NCBI GenBank assembly: GCA_965261005.1
Contig: OZ253375.1
Location: forward strand, 64,001 to 128,000
Reading direction: 5' to 3'
DNA: 64,000 nt
Source: Deinococcus sp.
GTDB lineage: Bacteria > Deinococcota > Deinococci > Deinococcales > Deinococcaceae
Shown: positions 55,367 to 64,000 of the stretch, piece after piece
How the letters are laid out: every line of letters begins with the position of its first letter
How positions within the stretch are numbered: the stretch's first letter is position 1
The notes under the pieces: generated by a model
The model's input: only the letters and a program-made list of their open reading frames with translations
What the model was told of the DNA's origin: nothing
The model's database searches: none
Translations under genes and position numbers: made by a program

Positions 55367-55452
55367 CCGTCTCACGGCCCAATTCGTGCTAAAACGGGGG
55401 CGTATACCGCGTTACCCGAACGTCCAGCCATGAGGAATTTTGATGCACTGTA

Positions 55453-55472
55453 CTCGTGAAACTTTGCACGAG
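55453..55472. promoter_or_regulatory. Candidate Rex operator upstream of nuoA
   Basis: CTCGTGAA-ACTT-TGCACGAG palindrome resembling TTGTGAA-N4-TTCACAA. Confidence 0.6.
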
Positions 55473-55499
55473 CCATCCGACCGCTTGGCCCACGCTCGC

Positions 55500-55529
55500 C
55501 CACCGCTCAGCAGACCACCGCTCAGCAGA
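55500..55529. repeat. Perfect 2 x 15-bp tandem repeat before the nuoA RBS
   Basis: CCACCGCTCAGCAGA x2. Confidence 0.9.
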
Positions 55530-55540
55530 CAGGAGAAGAA

Positions 55541-55894
55541 GTGACCGGATACCTGAACGCCCTCGTCATGCTCTTGATCGCCCTTGGCATAGGGGTGCTG
55601 GCCGTGATCGTCAGCGCCATTCTGGGGCCGAAAAAGCCCAGCCGCGCCAAGCTGATGGCCTACGAAAGCGGCAACGACCCGCTGCCCGGCGGCCACGAGC
55701 GCTTTCCGGTTCACTTTTACCTGGTCGCCATGCTCTTTATCGTGTTCGACATCGAAACGGCCTTTTTCTATCCCATCGCGGTCGCCTATCAGTCCCTGGG
55801 CGTGTTCGCCTTTTGGGAGACGGTCAGCTTCGTGGCGCTGGTGCTGATCGGCTACGTGTACGTCGTGCGCAAGGGGGTGCTGGAGTGGAAGTAG
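55541..55894 (+). CDS. nuoA: NADH-quinone oxidoreductase subunit A
   Basis: [25 protein letters not shown]. Confidence 0.96.
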   Translation: MTGYLNALVMLLIALGIGVLAVIVSAILGPKKPSRAKLMAYESGNDPLPGGHERFPVHFYLVAMLFIVFDIETAFFYPIAVAYQSLGVFAFWETVSFVALVLIGYVYVVRKGVLEWK

Positions 55895-55937
55895 CAGCTT
55901 GCCAGCCCCCTCAGCCTTTTCCCCGCGAGGTGATTTC

Positions 55938-56461
<524 letters not shown>

Positions 56462-56474
<13 letters not shown>

Positions 56475-57135
56475 AGCGTCAGAACAACCTCGATATTCAG
56501 GACCCGGCTCAGCCCAACCCGGTCGCCCCGGCCCGGGTGGAGATGGACCCGCGCGCCCGCTCGCAACGGGCCGCCGAGCAGCTGGGCCTGACGCTGGCGG
56601 TGGGTTTAGAGCCGCTGGCCCTGGTGGACGCGGGACAGTTGGAGCGCCTGGCCCCCCTGCTGCAAAGGGACGGCTTCATGCTGCTGGACGTGGTGGGCAC
56701 CGACTACGGCGCCTTTGTTCTGCCGACGCCGGCACGCTTCGGCGTGACCTATAACTTCTACCAGCTGGAGGGGAACGTCCGGCTGTTTCTGCGGGTCTAC
56801 CTGGAGGATGGCGCGGCGCTGCCCTCGCTGTACCCGGTCTGGAAGAGCGCCAACTACCTGGAGCGCGAGGTCTACGACCTGCTGGGCGTCCCCTTCGAGG
56901 GGCACCCTGATTTACGCAAGATTCTGACGCCCGACGACTTGGAGGGGCATCCCCTGCGCAAGGACTTTCCCATCGGCGAGTCGCCCACGCTGTTCCGCGA
57001 CGGCCGCTTTCTGGACCCGGCCGCCTTCCGCGCGGGCCTGAACGGCGGAAGCGCCGGCCTGACCGGCTGGCGCGGCGGCGAGCGGGTTGGGCTGAACGCG
57101 CCGGAGCATCCGCCGGTTCAGGTTGGAGGAAAGTC

Positions 57136-57139
<4 letters not shown>
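56462..57139 (+). CDS. nuoC: NADH-quinone oxidoreductase subunit C (start uncertain)
   Basis: [34 protein letters not shown]. Confidence 0.94.
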
Positions 57140-58359
<1,220 letters not shown>

Positions 58360-58384
58360 GGGGAGCGCGAGTGATGACTTCGTT

Positions 58385-58428
58385 GACCCCCCCTCCCCGG
58401 CCCTCCCCCCGCAGGGGGGGGCGGGAGA
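58385..58428 (+). repeat. Palindromic intergenic repeat, copy 2 (nuoD-nuoE)
   Basis: GACCCCCCCTCCCCGGCCCTCCCCCC-GCA-GGGGGGGGCGGGAGA. Confidence 0.85.
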
Positions 58429-58469
58429 GGGCAGCTTCTCGCCAATTCTCCCCTAGCTGGAGGGTATGA

Positions 58470-59089
58470 GTGCCGTACTTTGAAGACAAGCCTACTCTGG
58501 TCAAGGACATCTTCGGCTGCTATCCCGACACCGAGCGCGGCCGGCGCAGCGCCCTCATGCCCCTCCTGCGCGAGGTGCAGGACGCCTTCGGCTTCGTGTC
58601 GGAGGCCCACCTGGAGGAGATCGCCGCCCTCTGCGGCACCACCGCCACCGAGGTCCGCAGCGTGATGAGCTTTTACAGCACCTACCACACCGTCCCCACC
58701 GGCCAGTACCATCTGCAAGTCTGCATGACCCTGATGTGCGCGCAGGCCGGGGCGGACCAGCTGTGGGACGAGCTGACCGGGACACTCGACGTGCAGCCGG
58801 GGGAGGTGACGCGGGATGGCCTCTTCAGCGTGCAGAAGGTGGAGTGCCTGGGCAGCTGCGGCACCGCCCCGGTGGTGCAGCTGAATGACGACGGCTACTA
58901 CGAGCGGGTCGGCCCGGGGAAGTGCGCCCACCTGATCGCGGCCATGCGCGTCGGCGCGGCCCTCGACTTCGACCAGCCCATGCCCTTCGCCATCCGTAAC
59001 GGGCGCCAATTCACGGCGGACGGCCAAGCGGTGGGCGCCACGACCGACGACCTCGCGCCCGTCAACTTCAACTCGTCAGGAGGTACGCC

Positions 59090-59093
<4 letters not shown>
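58470..59093 (+). CDS. nuoE: NADH-quinone oxidoreductase subunit E
   Basis: [22 protein letters not shown]. Confidence 0.95.
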
Positions 59094-60427
<1,334 letters not shown>

Positions 60428-60432
60428 AACAA

Positions 60433-60500
60433 GTCTTTTCTCCCTCCCCCCTTGAGGGGGAGCGCGCAGCACCTCGAAGAGAGGGCCGGGGTGGGGGGTC
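60433..60500 (-). repeat. Palindromic intergenic repeat, copy 3 (nuoF-nuoG), inverted and with an internal insert
   Basis: Reverse complement GACCCCCCACCCCGGCCCTC...CTCCCCCTCAAGGGGGGAGGGAGAAAAGAC. Confidence 0.85.
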
Positions 60501-60503
60501 CAC

Positions 60504-62630
<2,127 letters not shown>

Positions 62631-63776
62631 GTGCCCTACTGGCTAGCCGACTTTCTCTTCGTGGTGCTCAAGGGCGTGCTGCTCGCCCTCGCGCTGCTGA
62701 CCACCTTCGCCTACATGACCCTGGTTGAGCGGCGCTTGCTGGCCCGCATGCAGATTCGCTACGGCCCCAACCGGGTCGGGCCGCTGGGCCTCTTGCAACC
62801 GCTGGCGGACGCCATCAAGAGCATCTTCAAAGAGGACTTCCGCGTCACCGCCGCCGACAAGATCGTGTACACTCTGGCGCCCATCCTGGCCATCGGCACG
62901 GCGCTGACCGCCTTTGGGGCGATTCCGGCGGGCTTGCCGGGGGCCTTTTTCGGCCTGGACCCCTGGGTCTTCGACGTGGACATCGGCATCCTGGCGGTGC
63001 TGGCCCTCACCAGCATGGGCGTCTACGGCATCTTTCTGGGCGGTTGGGCCTCCGGGTCCAAGTACCCGCTGCTGGGCAGCCTCAGAAGCAGCGCGCAGAT
63101 GATCTCCTACGAGCTGGGCCAGGGCCTCTCGATTCTGGGCCTGCTGATCCTGGTGGGCAGCACCAATTTGCGCGCCATTGTGGATTGGCAGGGGGCGAGC
63201 GGCTGGCTGATCCTGTTTCAGTGCCTGGGTTTCGTGACCTTTCTGGTCAGCTCCTTCGCCGAGACCAACCGCACCCCCTTCGATTTGCCCGAGGCCGAGC
63301 AGGAACTGGTCGCCGGCTACCTGACCGAGTACAACGCGATCAAGTGGGCGCTGTTTCAGATGGCCGAGTACGTCAACATGATCACCGCCTCGGCCGTGAT
63401 GAGCACGCTCTTTTTCGGTGGCTGGCGCGGGCCGCAGTTCCTCGACGCCTTGATTCCGGGCGTCAGCACCTGGCCCTTCATCTGGCTGATCCTCAAGATC
63501 GCCTTTTTTCTGTTCGTGTTCATCTGGGTGCGCGGCACGCTGCCCCGGCTGCGCTACGACCAATTGATGCGCTTCGGCTGGAAGCTGCTGTTTCCGGTCG
63601 CTCTTGCCAACACCTTGGCGACGGCGGCCTACGTCGCCTACCTGCCGCGCGGCCCGCTGTGGCCGCTGGGGCTGGTCGGTTTGCTGGGCGTCGTTCTTCT
63701 GATCGCCACCAGCGACCGTACCCGCACCTTGGTCAACGCCCGACCGGGCGACGAGCAACCCATAGGAGGAGATTGA
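62631..63776 (+). CDS. nuoH: NADH-quinone oxidoreductase subunit H
   Basis: [41 protein letters not shown]. Confidence 0.97.
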   Translation: MPYWLADFLFVVLKGVLLALALLTTFAYMTLVERRLLARMQIRYGPNRVGPLGLLQPLADAIKSIFKEDFRVTAADKIVYTLAPILAIGTALTAFGAIPAGLPGAFFGLDPWVFDVDIGILAVLALTSMGVYGIFLGGWASGSKYPLLGSLRSSAQMISYELGQGLSILGLLILVGSTNLRAIVDWQGASGWLILFQCLGFVTFLVSSFAETNRTPFDLPEAEQELVAGYLTEYNAIKWALFQMAEYVNMITASAVMSTLFFGGWRGPQFLDALIPGVSTWPFIWLILKIAFFLFVFIWVRGTLPRLRYDQLMRFGWKLLFPVALANTLATAAYVAYLPRGPLWPLGLVGLLGVVLLIATSDRTRTLVNARPGDEQPIGGD

Positions 63777-63777
63777 A

Positions 63778-64000
63778 GTGGGCGTATTAGAGATCGCCAA
63801 GGGCATGGGCATAACCCTCGGCAAGCTGTTCCAAAAGCCCGTGACCGTCTCGTACCCCGAGCAGCGCGCCCAGCTCAAGCCGCGCTTCCGGGGCCGCCAC
63901 TACCTGACCCGCCACCCCGGCACCGGCCTGGAAAAGTGCATCGGCTGCTCGCTGTGCGCCGCCGCCTGCCCGGCCTACGCCATCTATGTGGAGGCCGGCG
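63778..64000 (+). CDS. nuoI: NADH-quinone oxidoreductase subunit I (3'-truncated by window edge)
   Basis: Own translation: [10 protein letters not shown]...TVSYPEQ...RFRGRH...[18 protein letters not shown]. Confidence 0.95.
   Translation, partial: MGVLEIAKGMGITLGKLFQKPVTVSYPEQRAQLKPRFRGRHYLTRHPGTGLEKCIGCSLCAAACPAYAIYVEAG

Overview
GC-rich bacterial chromosome segment. Gene content (nurA-herA, recD2, SLH/beta-barrel envelope protein, Deinococcus-Thermus-type nuo operon, many TANNNT boxes a few nt before start codons, a DdrO-box-like site) points to Deinococcota, most likely Deinococcaceae. Most genes are housekeeping: guaA, pstSCA, tmk, queG, queA, pilT/U, ppc, ftsY, sdaAA/AB, prlC, nuoA-I. 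The most striking accessory locus (29004-33127) is a candidate polymorphic toxin system. Its 1067-aa protein has a QR-repeat N-terminus, a DUF4157-like HExxH domain, two beta-barrel-like repeats, a GH19-type lysozyme domain and an NlpC/P60 domain. The next gene is a signal-peptide-bearing, AT-rich immunity-like gene that ends in a third copy of the same repeat. Other signs of genome turnover: a 133-bp MITE with TAA target duplication inside a vapC toxin; a nitric oxide synthase gene reduced to its two ends; a mazF stub behind an orphan antitoxin; a decayed duplicate of the sdaAA 3' end flanking a Uma2 gene; a three-copy palindromic repeat family; several 15-bp tandem duplications. No rRNA, tRNA or CRISPR array was recognised. 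All family calls come from motif recognition by eye, not database searches.
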